DNA of 64,000 nucleotides, taken from assembly GCF_003334335.1 (NCBI RefSeq), contig NZ_QOWQ01000004.1; one strand, 5' to 3'. The number at the start of each line of letters is the position of its first letter. Positions within the stretch are counted from its first letter, which is position 1. Of the stretch, positions 1-10,139 are shown one piece after another. The translations under genes were made by a program, and so were the position numbers. Source of the stretch: Escherichia coli. GTDB lineage: Bacteria; Pseudomonadota; Gammaproteobacteria; Enterobacterales; Enterobacteriaceae. Under the pieces are notes generated by a model. The model did not search any database and was not told the DNA's origin. It saw only the letters and a program-made list of their open reading frames with translations.

Positions 1-705
<705 letters not shown>

Positions 706-778
706 GTGAGGCACTCGGTTATGAATTACCGCGATGCTACAATGTGGCGCGAAGAATGTTAACCCTCTGGAGCGTTTT

Positions 779-3208
779 GTGTCGTCGTTGCCCGTTGCTG
801 CCGTCTTACCTGAATTACTTACCGCTCTCGATTGTGCGCCGCAGGTATTATTAAGTGCGCCGACCGGGGCCGGGAAATCAACCTGGCTGCCGCTGCAACT
901 GCTGGCGCATCCCGGCATTAACGGGAAAATTATCCTGCTGGAGCCGCGTCGTCTGGCGGCGCGTAACGTCGCGCAACGGCTGGCGGAGCTGCTTAACGAA
1001 AAGCCAGGCGATACCGTTGGCTACCGGATGCGTGCGCAAAACTGCGTCGGGCCGAATACCCGCCTGGAAGTGGTTACCGAAGGCGTGCTGACGCGCATGA
1101 TCCAGCGTGACCCGGAACTGAGCGGTGTTGGACTGGTGATCCTTGATGAATTTCATGAGCGCAGCTTGCAGGCGGATTTGGCGTTGGCGCTGTTACTCGA
1201 TGTGCAACAAGGTCTGCGTGATGACCTTAAACTGCTGATTATGTCGGCTACCCTGGACAACGACCGCTTGCAGCAAATGCTGCCAGAAGCGCCTGTCGTC
1301 ATCTCAGAAGGGCGCTCGTTTCCGGTTGAACGCCGTTATTTACCGCTGCCCGCGCATCAGCGTTTTGACGATGCCGTTGCGGTAGCCACCGCTGAAATGC
1401 TGCGTCAGGAAAGCGGATCATTACTGTTATTTTTACCTGGCGTCGGAGAAATTCAGCGTGTGCAGGAACAACTGGCTTCGCGCATCGGCAGTGATGTATT
1501 GCTCTGCCCGCTGTATGGCGCGTTGTCGCTGAACGATCAGCGAAAAGCGATCCTCCCGGCACCGCAAGGGATGCGCAAAGTGGTGCTGGCGACCAATATT
1601 GCTGAAACCAGTTTAACCATTGAAGGTATTCGTCTGGTGGTGGATTGTGCCCAGGAGCGTGTGGCGCGTTTTGATCCGCGCACGGGGCTTACGCGACTGA
1701 TTACTCAACGCGTTAGCCAGGCATCCATGACGCAGCGTGCCGGGCGCGCCGGGCGTCTGGAGCCGGGTATCAGCCTGCATTTAATCGCCAAAGAACAAGC
1801 AGAACGCGCCGCGGCGCAAAGTGAACCGGAGATCTTACAAAGCGATCTTTCTGGTTTGCTGATGGAATTACTGCAATGGGGATGCAGCGATCCGGCGCAG
1901 ATGAGCTGGCTGGATCAACCGCCAGTAGTGAATCTACTGGCCGCGAAACGTCTGTTACAAATGCTGGGGGCACTGGAGGGTGAACGGCTTAGTGCGCAAG
2001 GGCAAAAAATGGCAGCGCTGGGTAACGATCCGCGTTTAGCGGCAATGCTGGTTAGCGCGAAGAACGACGACGAAGCTGCTACCGCGGCAAAAATTGCCGC
2101 CATTCTCGAAGAGCCGCCACGGATGGGCAATAGTGACCTGGGCGTGGCGTTTTCGCGCAATCAACCAGCCTGGCAGCAACGTAGTCAGCAACTGTTAAAA
2201 CGCTTAAACGTACGTGGCGGTGAGGCAGACAGTTCGCTTATCGCGCCGCTACTTGCCGGGGCGTTTGCCGATCGCATTGCTCGTCGCCGTGGGCAAGATG
2301 GACGCTATCAACTGGCAAACGGCATGGGAGCGATGCTCGATGCCAACGACGCGCTAAGCCGCCACGAATGGTTGATCGCACCGTTATTATTGCAGGGCAG
2401 CGCCTCGCCGGATGCGCGGATTTTACTGGCGCTGCTGGTCGATATTGATGAGTTAGTACAACGCTGCCCGCAGCTGGTACAGCAGTCTGACACTGTGGAG
2501 TGGGATGACGCGCAAGGTACGCTGAAAGCCTGGCGTCGGCTACAAATCGGTCAGTTGACGGTGAAAGTGCAGCCGCTGGCGAAACCGTCAGAAGACGAGT
2601 TGCATCAGGCGATGCTTAATGGCATCCGTGATAAAGGTTTAAGCGTGCTCAACTGGACGGCGGAAGCGGAACAGCTACGCTTGCGTTTGTTATGCGCCGC
2701 AAAGTGGTTGCCGGAATATGACTGGCCAGCGGTTGATGATGAAAGTTTATTGGCAGCGCTGGAAACGTGGCTGCTGCCACATATGACTGGCGTACATTCA
2801 CTACGCGGCCTGAAATCACTCGACATTTATCAGGCACTACGCGGATTACTTGATTGGGGAATGCAGCAACGTCTGGATAGTGAATTGCCTGCGCATTACA
2901 CTGTGCCGACGGGAAGCCGGATCGCCATTCGTTATCATGAAGATAACCCGCCCGCGCTGGCGGTGAGAATGCAAGAGATGTTTGGCGAGGCCACCAATCC
3001 GACGATCGCCCAGGGGCGCGTGCCGCTGGTGCTGGAGTTGCTTTCACCTGCCCAAAGGCCATTACAAATCACACGAGATTTGAGCGCCTTCTGGAAAGGA
3101 GCGTACCGTGAGGTGCAAAAAGAGATGAAAGGGCGTTATCCCAAACATGTCTGGCCGGACGACCCGGCAAATACTGCACCGACGCGACGGACGAAAAAGT
3201 ATTCGTAA
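779..3208 (+). CDS. hrpB: ATP-dependent RNA helicase HrpB (DEAH-box)
   Basis: ORF 734..3208; Walker A GAGKST, DEFH box, SAT motif; start set at in-frame GTG 779 to give the expected 809 aa. Confidence 0.9.
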   Translation: MSSLPVAAVLPELLTALDCAPQVLLSAPTGAGKSTWLPLQLLAHPGINGKIILLEPRRLAARNVAQRLAELLNEKPGDTVGYRMRAQNCVGPNTRLEVVTEGVLTRMIQRDPELSGVGLVILDEFHERSLQADLALALLLDVQQGLRDDLKLLIMSATLDNDRLQQMLPEAPVVISEGRSFPVERRYLPLPAHQRFDDAVAVATAEMLRQESGSLLLFLPGVGEIQRVQEQLASRIGSDVLLCPLYGALSLNDQRKAILPAPQGMRKVVLATNIAETSLTIEGIRLVVDCAQERVARFDPRTGLTRLITQRVSQASMTQRAGRAGRLEPGISLHLIAKEQAERAAAQSEPEILQSDLSGLLMELLQWGCSDPAQMSWLDQPPVVNLLAAKRLLQMLGALEGERLSAQGQKMAALGNDPRLAAMLVSAKNDDEAATAAKIAAILEEPPRMGNSDLGVAFSRNQPAWQQRSQQLLKRLNVRGGEADSSLIAPLLAGAFADRIARRRGQDGRYQLANGMGAMLDANDALSRHEWLIAPLLLQGSASPDARILLALLVDIDELVQRCPQLVQQSDTVEWDDAQGTLKAWRRLQIGQLTVKVQPLAKPSEDELHQAMLNGIRDKGLSVLNWTAEAEQLRLRLLCAAKWLPEYDWPAVDDESLLAALETWLLPHMTGVHSLRGLKSLDIYQALRGLLDWGMQQRLDSELPAHYTVPTGSRIAIRYHEDNPPALAVRMQEMFGEATNPTIAQGRVPLVLELLSPAQRPLQITRDLSAFWKGAYREVQKEMKGRYPKHVWPDDPANTAPTRRTKKYS

Positions 3209-3216
3209 GGTTGGTT

Positions 3217-3310
3217 TTCTCCCTCTCCCTGTGGGAGAGGGCCGGGGTGAGGGCATCAGCGCGCACGTTCACCCTCACCCTAACCCTCTCCCTCAAGGGA
3301 GAGGGGACCG
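3217..3310. repeat. GC-rich imperfect-palindromic intergenic repeat (BoxC-like) between hrpB and mrcB
   Basis: Two inverted copies of ctccctctccctgtgggagaggg..gggtgaggg; family name is from memory and uncertain. Confidence 0.55.
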
Positions 3311-3403
3311 ATCGAGCACAAATTTTGAGAGATATCTTCTTCTGTCTTGTAACAGAAGAACAGAAAATCGGGCTTTTGCGCCTGAATATTGCGGAGAAAA
3401 AGC

Positions 3404-5938
3404 ATGGCCGGGAATGACCGCGAGCCAATTGGACGCAAAGGGAAACCGACGCGTCCGGTCAAACAAAAGGTAAGCCGTCGTCGTTACGAAGATGACGATG
3501 ATTACGACGATTATGATGACTATGAGGATGAAGAACCGATGCCGCGCAAAGGTAAGGGCAAAGGCAAAGGGCGTAAGCCTCGTGGCAAACGCGGCTGGCT
3601 ATGGCTACTGCTAAAACTGGCTATCGTTTTTGCCGTGCTGATCGCCATTTACGGCGTTTATCTCGATCAAAAAATTCGTAGCCGTATTGATGGCAAGGTC
3701 TGGCAACTGCCTGCGGCAGTTTATGGCCGAATGGTCAATCTTGAGCCAGACATGACCATCAGCAAGAACGAGATGGTGAAGCTGCTGGAGGCGACCCAGT
3801 ATCGTCAGGTGTCGAAAATGACCCGTCCTGGCGAATTTACCGTGCAGGCCAACAGCATTGAGATGATTCGCCGTCCGTTTGATTTCCCGGACAGTAAAGA
3901 AGGACAGGTGCGCGCGCGTCTGACCTTTGATGGCGATCATCTGGCGACGATCGTCAATATGGAGAACAACCGTCAGTTCGGTTTCTTCCGTCTTGATCCG
4001 CGTCTGATCACCATGATCTCTTCGCCAAACGGTGAGCAGCGTCTGTTTGTGCCGCGCAGTGGTTTCCCGGATTTGCTGGTGGATACTTTGCTGGCGACAG
4101 AAGACCGTCATTTTTACGAGCATGATGGAATCAGTCTCTACTCAATCGGACGTGCGGTGCTGGCAAACCTGACCGCCGGACGCACGGTACAGGGTGCGAG
4201 TACGCTGACGCAACAGCTGGTGAAAAACCTGTTCCTCTCCAGCGAGCGTTCTTACTGGCGTAAAGCGAACGAAGCTTACATGGCGCTGATCATGGACGCG
4301 CGTTACAGCAAAGACCGTATTCTTGAGCTGTATATGAACGAGGTGTATCTCGGTCAGAGCGGCGACAACGAAATCCGCGGCTTCCCGCTGGCAAGCTTGT
4401 ATTACTTTGGTCGCCCGGTAGAAGAGCTAAGCCTCGACCAGCAGGCGCTGTTAGTCGGTATGGTGAAAGGGGCGTCCATCTACAACCCGTGGCGTAACCC
4501 AAAACTGGCGCTGGAGCGACGTAATCTGGTGCTGCGTCTGCTGCAACAGCAACAGATTATTGATCAAGAACTCTATGACATGTTGAGTGCCCGTCCGCTG
4601 GGGGTTCAGCCGCGCGGTGGGGTGATCTCTCCTCAGCCAGCCTTTATGCAACTGGTGCGTCAGGAGCTGCAGGCAAAACTGGGCGATAAGGTAAAAGATC
4701 TCTCCGGCGTGAAGATCTTCACTACCTTTGACTCGGTGGCCCAGGACGCGGCAGAAAAAGCCGCCGTGGAAGGCATTCCGGCACTGAAGAAACAGCGTAA
4801 GTTGAGCGATCTTGAAACTGCGATTGTGGTCGTCGACCGCTTTAGTGGTGAAGTTCGTGCGATGGTCGGAGGTTCTGAGCCGCAGTTTGCGGGCTACAAC
4901 CGTGCGATGCAGGCGCGTCGTTCGATTGGTTCCCTTGCAAAACCAGCGACTTATCTGACGGCCTTAAGCCAGCCGAAAATCTATCGTCTGAATACGTGGA
5001 TTGCGGATGCGCCAATTGCGCTGCGTCAGCCGAATGGCCAGGTCTGGTCACCGCAGAATGATGACCGTCGTTATAGCGAAAGCGGCAGAGTGATGCTGGT
5101 GGATGCGTTGACCCGTTCGATGAACGTGCCGACGGTAAATCTGGGGATGGCGCTGGGGCTGCCTGCGGTTACGGAGACCTGGATTAAACTGGGCGTACCG
5201 AAAGATCAGTTGCATCCGGTTCCGGCAATGCTGCTGGGGGCGTTGAACTTAACGCCAATCGAAGTGGCGCAGGCATTCCAGACCATCGCCAGCGGTGGTA
5301 ACCGTGCACCGCTTTCTGCGCTGCGTTCGGTAATCGCGGAAGATGGCAAAGTGCTGTATCAGAGCTTCCCGCAGGCGGAACGCGCTGTTCCGGCGCAGGC
5401 GGCGTATCTGACACTATGGACCATGCAGCAGGTGGTACAACGCGGTACGGGTCGTCAGCTTGGGGCGAAATACCCGAACCTGCATCTGGCAGGGAAAACA
5501 GGGACTACCAACAATAACGTAGATACCTGGTTTGCGGGCATTGACGGCAGCACGGTGACCATCACCTGGGTCGGCCGTGATAACAACCAGCCGACCAAAC
5601 TGTATGGTGCCAGCGGGGCAATGTCGATTTATCAGCGTTATCTGGCTAACCAGACGCCAACGCCGCTGAATCTTGTTCCGCCAGAAGATATTGCAGATAT
5701 GGGCGTGGACTACGACGGCAACTTTGTTTGCAGCGGTGGCATGCGTATCTTGCCGGTCTGGACCAGCGATCCGCAATCGCTGTGCCAGCAGAGCGAGATG
5801 CAGCAGCAGCCGTCAGGCAATCCGTTTGATCAGTCTTCTCAGCCGCAGCAACAGCCGCAACAGCAACCTGCTCAGCAAGAGCAGAAAGACAGCGACGGTG
5901 TAGCCGGTTGGATCAAGGATATGTTTGGTAGTAATTAA
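3404..5938 (+). CDS. mrcB: Penicillin-binding protein 1B (bifunctional glycosyltransferase/transpeptidase)
   Basis: ORF 3389..5938; start at ATG 3404 ([14 protein letters not shown]...) gives 844 aa; acidic D/Y-rich N-terminus, TM helix, transpeptidase motifs, Q-rich C-terminus. Confidence 0.95.
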   Translation: MAGNDREPIGRKGKPTRPVKQKVSRRRYEDDDDYDDYDDYEDEEPMPRKGKGKGKGRKPRGKRGWLWLLLKLAIVFAVLIAIYGVYLDQKIRSRIDGKVWQLPAAVYGRMVNLEPDMTISKNEMVKLLEATQYRQVSKMTRPGEFTVQANSIEMIRRPFDFPDSKEGQVRARLTFDGDHLATIVNMENNRQFGFFRLDPRLITMISSPNGEQRLFVPRSGFPDLLVDTLLATEDRHFYEHDGISLYSIGRAVLANLTAGRTVQGASTLTQQLVKNLFLSSERSYWRKANEAYMALIMDARYSKDRILELYMNEVYLGQSGDNEIRGFPLASLYYFGRPVEELSLDQQALLVGMVKGASIYNPWRNPKLALERRNLVLRLLQQQQIIDQELYDMLSARPLGVQPRGGVISPQPAFMQLVRQELQAKLGDKVKDLSGVKIFTTFDSVAQDAAEKAAVEGIPALKKQRKLSDLETAIVVVDRFSGEVRAMVGGSEPQFAGYNRAMQARRSIGSLAKPATYLTALSQPKIYRLNTWIADAPIALRQPNGQVWSPQNDDRRYSESGRVMLVDALTRSMNVPTVNLGMALGLPAVTETWIKLGVPKDQLHPVPAMLLGALNLTPIEVAQAFQTIASGGNRAPLSALRSVIAEDGKVLYQSFPQAERAVPAQAAYLTLWTMQQVVQRGTGRQLGAKYPNLHLAGKTGTTNNNVDTWFAGIDGSTVTITWVGRDNNQPTKLYGASGAMSIYQRYLANQTPTPLNLVPPEDIADMGVDYDGNFVCSGGMRILPVWTSDPQSLCQQSEMQQQPSGNPFDQSSQPQQQPQQQPAQQEQKDSDGVAGWIKDMFGSN

Positions 5939-6091
5939 CATCTAAGCGTGAAATACCGGATGGCGAGTTGCCATCCGGTAAAATAACATCCCATCTAAGA
6001 TATTAACCCTTTCTTTTCATCTGGTTGTTTATTAACCCTTCAGGAACGCTCAGATTGCGTACCGCTTGCGAACCCGCCAGCGTTTCGAATA

Positions 6092-6134
6092 TTATCTTAT
6101 CTTTATAATAATCATTCTCGTTTACGTTATCATT
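6092..6134. promoter_or_regulatory. Fur box(es) in the fhuA promoter
   Basis: attatcttatctttataataatcattctc and gttatcattc resemble the GATAATGATAATCATTATC consensus, 25-65 nt upstream of fhuA. Confidence 0.7.
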
Positions 6135-6157
6135 CACTTTACATCAGAGATATACCA

Positions 6158-8401
6158 ATGGCGCGTTCCAAAACTGCTCAGCCAAAACACTCACTGCGTA
6201 AAATCGCAGTTGTAGTAGCCACAGCGGTTAGCGGCATGTCTGTTTATGCACAGGCAGCGGTTGAACCGAAAGAAGACACTATCACCGTTACCGCTGCACC
6301 TGCGCCGCAAGAAAGCGCATGGGGGCCTGCTGCAACTATTGCGGCGCGACAGTCTGCTACCGGCACTAAAACCGATACGCCGATTCAAAAAGTGCCACAG
6401 TCTATTTCTGTTGTGACCGCCGAAGAGATGGCGCTGCATCAGCCGAAGTCGGTAAAAGAAGCGCTTAGCTACACGCCGGGTGTCTCTGTTGGTACGCGTG
6501 GCGCATCCAACACCTATGACCACCTGATCATTCGCGGCTTTGCGGCAGAAGGCCAAAGCCAGAATAACTATCTGAATGGCCTGAAGTTGCAGGGCAACTT
6601 CTATAACGATGCGGTCATTGACCCGTATATGCTGGAACGCGCTGAAATTATGCGTGGCCCGGTTTCCGTGCTTTACGGTAAAAGCAGTCCTGGCGGCCTG
6701 TTGAATATGGTCAGCAAGCGTCCGACCACCGAACCGCTGAAAGAAGTTCAGTTTAAAGCCGGTACTGACAGCCTGTTCCAGACTGGTTTTGACTTTAGCG
6801 ATTCGTTGGATGATGACGGTGTTTACTCTTATCGCCTGACCGGTCTTGCGCGTTCTGCCAATGCCCAGCAGAAAGGGTCAGAAGAGCAGCGTTATGCTAT
6901 TGCACCGGCGTTCACCTGGCGTCCGGATGATAAAACCAATTTTACCTTCCTTTCTTACTTCCAGAACGAGCCGGAAACCGGTTATTACGGCTGGTTGCCG
7001 AAAGAGGGAACCGTTGAGCCGCTGCCGAACGGTAAGCGTCTGCCGACAGACTTTAATGAAGGGGCGAAGAACAACACCTATTCTCGTAATGAGAAGATGG
7101 TCGGCTACAGCTTCGATCACGAATTTAACGACACCTTTACTGTGCGTCAGAACCTGCGCTTTGCTGAAAACAAAACCTCGCAAAACAGCGTTTATGGTTA
7201 CGGCGTCTGCTCCGATCCGGCGAATGCTTACAGCAAACAGTGTGCGGCATTAGCGCCAGCGGATAAAGGCCATTATCTGGCACGTAAATACGTCGTTGAT
7301 GATGAGAAGCTGCAAAACTTCTCCGTTGATACCCAGTTGCAGAGCAAGTTTGCCACTGGCGATATCGACCACACCCTGCTGACCGGTGTCGACTTTATGC
7401 GTATGCGTAATGACATCAACGCCTGGTTTGGTTACGACGACTCTGTGCCACTGCTCAATCTGTACAATCCGGTGAATACCGATTTCGACTTCAATGCCAA
7501 AGATCCGGCAAACTCCGGCCCTTACCGCATTCTGAATAAACAGAAACAAACGGGCGTTTATGTTCAGGATCAGGCGCAGTGGGATAAAGTGCTGGTCACC
7601 CTAGGCGGTCGTTATGACTGGGCAGATCAAGAATCTCTTAACCGCGTTGCCGGGACGACCGATAAACGTGATGACAAACAGTTTACCTGGCGTGGTGGTG
7701 TTAACTACCTGTTTGATAATGGTGTAACACCTTACTTCAGCTATAGCGAATCGTTTGAACCTTCTTCGCAAGTTGGGAAGGATGGTAATATTTTCGCACC
7801 GTCTAAAGGTAAGCAGTATGAAGTCGGCGTGAAATATGTACCGGAAGATCGTCCGATTGTAGTTACTGGTGCCGTGTATAATCTCACTAAAACCAACAAC
7901 CTGATGGCGGACCCTGAGGGTTCCTTCTTCTCGGTTGAAGGTGGCGAGATCCGCGCACGTGGCGTAGAAATCGAAGCGAAAGCGGCGCTGTCGGCGAGTG
8001 TTAACGTAGTCGGTTCTTATACTTACACCGATGCGGAATACACCACCGATACTACCTATAAAGGCAATACGCCTGCACAGGTGCCAAAACACATGGCTTC
8101 GTTGTGGGCTGACTACACCTTCTTTGACGGTCCGCTTTCAGGTCTGACGCTGGGCACCGGTGGTCGTTATACTGGCTCCAGTTATGGTGATCCGGCTAAC
8201 TCCTTTAAAGTGGGAAGTTATACGGTCGTGGATGCGTTAGTACGTTATGATCTGGCGCGAGTCGGCATGGCTGGCTCCAACGTGGCGCTGCATGTTAACA
8301 ACCTGTTCGATCGTGAATACGTCGCCAGCTGCTTTAACACTTATGGCTGCTTCTGGGGCGCAGAACGTCAGGTCGTTGCAACCGCAACCTTCCGTTTCTA
8401 A
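6158..8401 (+). CDS. fhuA: TonB-dependent outer-membrane ferrichrome receptor FhuA
   Basis: 747-aa ORF with signal peptide, TonB-box region and C-terminal aromatic beta-barrel terminus (..TFRF). Confidence 0.95.
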   Translation: MARSKTAQPKHSLRKIAVVVATAVSGMSVYAQAAVEPKEDTITVTAAPAPQESAWGPAATIAARQSATGTKTDTPIQKVPQSISVVTAEEMALHQPKSVKEALSYTPGVSVGTRGASNTYDHLIIRGFAAEGQSQNNYLNGLKLQGNFYNDAVIDPYMLERAEIMRGPVSVLYGKSSPGGLLNMVSKRPTTEPLKEVQFKAGTDSLFQTGFDFSDSLDDDGVYSYRLTGLARSANAQQKGSEEQRYAIAPAFTWRPDDKTNFTFLSYFQNEPETGYYGWLPKEGTVEPLPNGKRLPTDFNEGAKNNTYSRNEKMVGYSFDHEFNDTFTVRQNLRFAENKTSQNSVYGYGVCSDPANAYSKQCAALAPADKGHYLARKYVVDDEKLQNFSVDTQLQSKFATGDIDHTLLTGVDFMRMRNDINAWFGYDDSVPLLNLYNPVNTDFDFNAKDPANSGPYRILNKQKQTGVYVQDQAQWDKVLVTLGGRYDWADQESLNRVAGTTDKRDDKQFTWRGGVNYLFDNGVTPYFSYSESFEPSSQVGKDGNIFAPSKGKQYEVGVKYVPEDRPIVVTGAVYNLTKTNNLMADPEGSFFSVEGGEIRARGVEIEAKAALSASVNVVGSYTYTDAEYTTDTTYKGNTPAQVPKHMASLWADYTFFDGPLSGLTLGTGGRYTGSSYGDPANSFKVGSYTVVDALVRYDLARVGMAGSNVALHVNNLFDREYVASCFNTYGCFWGAERQVVATATFRF

Positions 8402-8451
8402 TTTCTCTTTTGGGGCACGGATTTCCGTGCCCATTTCACAAGTTAGCTGTT

Positions 8452-9249
8452 ATGCAGGAATACACGAATCATTCCGATACCACTTTTGCACTGCGTAATA
8501 TCTCCTTTCGTGTGCCCGGGCGCACGCTTTTGCATCCGCTGTCGTTAACCTTTCCTGCCGGGAAAGTGACCGGTCTGATTGGTCACAACGGTTCTGGTAA
8601 ATCCACTCTGCTCAAAATGCTTGGCCGTCATCAGCCGCCGTCGGAAGGGGAGATTCTTCTTGATGCCCAACCGCTGGAAAGCTGGAGCAGCAAAGCGTTT
8701 GCCCGCAAAGTGGCTTATTTGCTGCAGCAGCTTCCTCCGGCAGAAGGGATGACCGTGCGTGAACTGGTGGCGATTGGTCGTTACCCGTGGCATGGCGCGC
8801 TGGGGCGCTTTGGGGCGGCAGATCGCGAAAAAGTCGAGGAAGCTATCTCGCTGGTTGGCTTAAAACCGCTGGCGCATCGGCTGGTCGATAGTCTCTCTGG
8901 CGGCGAACGTCAGCGGGCGTGGATCGCCATGCTGGTGGCGCAGGATAGCCGTTGTCTGTTGCTCGACGAACCGACCTCGGCGCTGGATATCGCCCACCAG
9001 GTTGATGTGCTGTCGCTGGTGCACCGTTTAAGTCAGGAGCGTGGCCTGACGGTCATTGCCGTGTTGCACGATATCAATATGGCGGTACGCTACTGTGATT
9101 ATCTGGTCGCCCTGCGCGGCGGTGAAATGATTGCTCAGGGAACGCCTGCGGAAATTATGCGCGGCGAAACCCTCGAAATGATTTATGGCATCCCGATGGG
9201 TATTTTGCCGCATCCGGCGGGTGCTGCACCTGTGAGTTTTGTTTATTGA
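8452..9249 (+). CDS. fhuC: Ferric hydroxamate ABC transporter ATP-binding protein FhuC
   Basis: ORF 8410..9249 trimmed to ATG 8452 (MQEYTNHSDTTF...), 265 aa; Walker A GHNGSGKST, ABC signature LSGGERQR. Confidence 0.93.
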   Translation: MQEYTNHSDTTFALRNISFRVPGRTLLHPLSLTFPAGKVTGLIGHNGSGKSTLLKMLGRHQPPSEGEILLDAQPLESWSSKAFARKVAYLLQQLPPAEGMTVRELVAIGRYPWHGALGRFGAADREKVEEAISLVGLKPLAHRLVDSLSGGERQRAWIAMLVAQDSRCLLLDEPTSALDIAHQVDVLSLVHRLSQERGLTVIAVLHDINMAVRYCDYLVALRGGEMIAQGTPAEIMRGETLEMIYGIPMGILPHPAGAAPVSFVY

Positions 9250-10139
9250 TGAGCGGCTTACCTCTTATTTCGCGCCGTCGACTGTTAACGGCGATGGCGC
9301 TTTCTCCGTTGTTATGGCAGATGAATACCGCCCACGCGGCGGCTATTGATCCCAATCGTATTGTGGCGCTGGAGTGGTTGCCGGTGGAATTACTGCTGGC
9401 GCTCGGCATCGTGCCTTACGGCGTGGCGGATACCATCAACTATCGCCTGTGGGTCAGCGAACCACCATTGCCGGACTCAGTGATCGACGTCGGTTTGCGC
9501 ACAGAACCTAACCTTGAACTGCTGACCGAAATGAAACCATCGTTTATGGTCTGGTCGGCAGGATATGGCCCTTCACCAGAAATGCTGGCTCGTATTGCGC
9601 CGGGTCGCGGATTTAACTTCAGTGACGGCAAACAGCCGTTGGCGATGGCGCGTAAATCGCTGACGGAAATGGCAGATTTACTTAACCTGCAAAGCGCAGC
9701 GGAAACGCATTTAGCGCAATATGAAGACTTTATCCGCAGCATGAAACCCCGCTTTGTGAAGCGTGGTGCGCGTCCGTTATTGCTGACGACGCTTATCGAT
9801 CCGCGCCATATGCTGGTCTTCGGTCCAAACAGCTTGTTCCAGGAAATTCTTGATGAGTACGGCATCCCAAATGCCTGGCAAGGGGAAACCAACTTCTGGG
9901 GCAGTACCGCCGTCAGTATCGATCGTCTGGCGGCGTATAAAGACGTTGATGTGCTCTGTTTTGATCACGACAACAGCAAAGACATGGATGCGCTAATGGC
10001 AACGCCGCTGTGGCAGGCCATGCCGTTTGTCCGCGCCGGACGCTTTCAGCGCGTACCTGCAGTCTGGTTTTATGGTGCGACGCTCTCGGCAATGCACTTT
10101 GTGCGCGTTCTGGATAACGCCATCGGAGGTAAAGCGTGA
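9249..10139 (+). CDS. fhuD: Periplasmic ferric hydroxamate-binding protein FhuD
   Basis: ATG 9249 overlaps the fhuC stop (TGATG); 296 aa with RR-containing signal peptide. Confidence 0.93.
   Translation: MSGLPLISRRRLLTAMALSPLLWQMNTAHAAAIDPNRIVALEWLPVELLLALGIVPYGVADTINYRLWVSEPPLPDSVIDVGLRTEPNLELLTEMKPSFMVWSAGYGPSPEMLARIAPGRGFNFSDGKQPLAMARKSLTEMADLLNLQSAAETHLAQYEDFIRSMKPRFVKRGARPLLLTTLIDPRHMLVFGPNSLFQEILDEYGIPNAWQGETNFWGSTAVSIDRLAAYKDVDVLCFDHDNSKDMDALMATPLWQAMPFVRAGRFQRVPAVWFYGATLSAMHFVRVLDNAIGGKA

Noticed and set aside
734-778. N-terminal extensions in track ORFs beyond the chosen starts (hrpB 734, mrcB 3389, fhuC 8410, erpA 15251, btuF 17163, cdaR 21119, rpsB 28350, rseP 35175, fabZ 40682, yaeR 50524, yaeF 55731, proS 57503, thpR 918)
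   Set aside because: The extensions run into upstream genes or intergenic repeats, lack an RBS, and would give proteins longer than the known family members. Internal starts reproduce the expected lengths exactly.
3147-3473. Small ORFs across the hrpB-mrcB spacer (3147..3473 +, 3211..3417 +, 3069..3428 -, 3280..3462 -)
   Set aside because: They are translations of the GC-rich palindromic repeat (hence reciprocal ORFs on both strands) and overlap the hrpB and mrcB ends. This is a repeat artefact, not coding.
5795-5938. Q/P-rich C-terminal tail of mrcB as a possible frameshift or fusion
   Set aside because: The reading frame is continuous to a normal stop and the total length matches PBP1b (844 aa); the tail is a native low-complexity region.
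5956-5978. Hairpin ccggatggc-gagtt-gccatccgg after mrcB as a rho-independent terminator
   Set aside because: The stem is good but is followed by an A-rich rather than T-rich tract on the mrcB strand, so it is not a canonical intrinsic terminator. It may be a REP-like palindrome or a rho-dependent or stability element.
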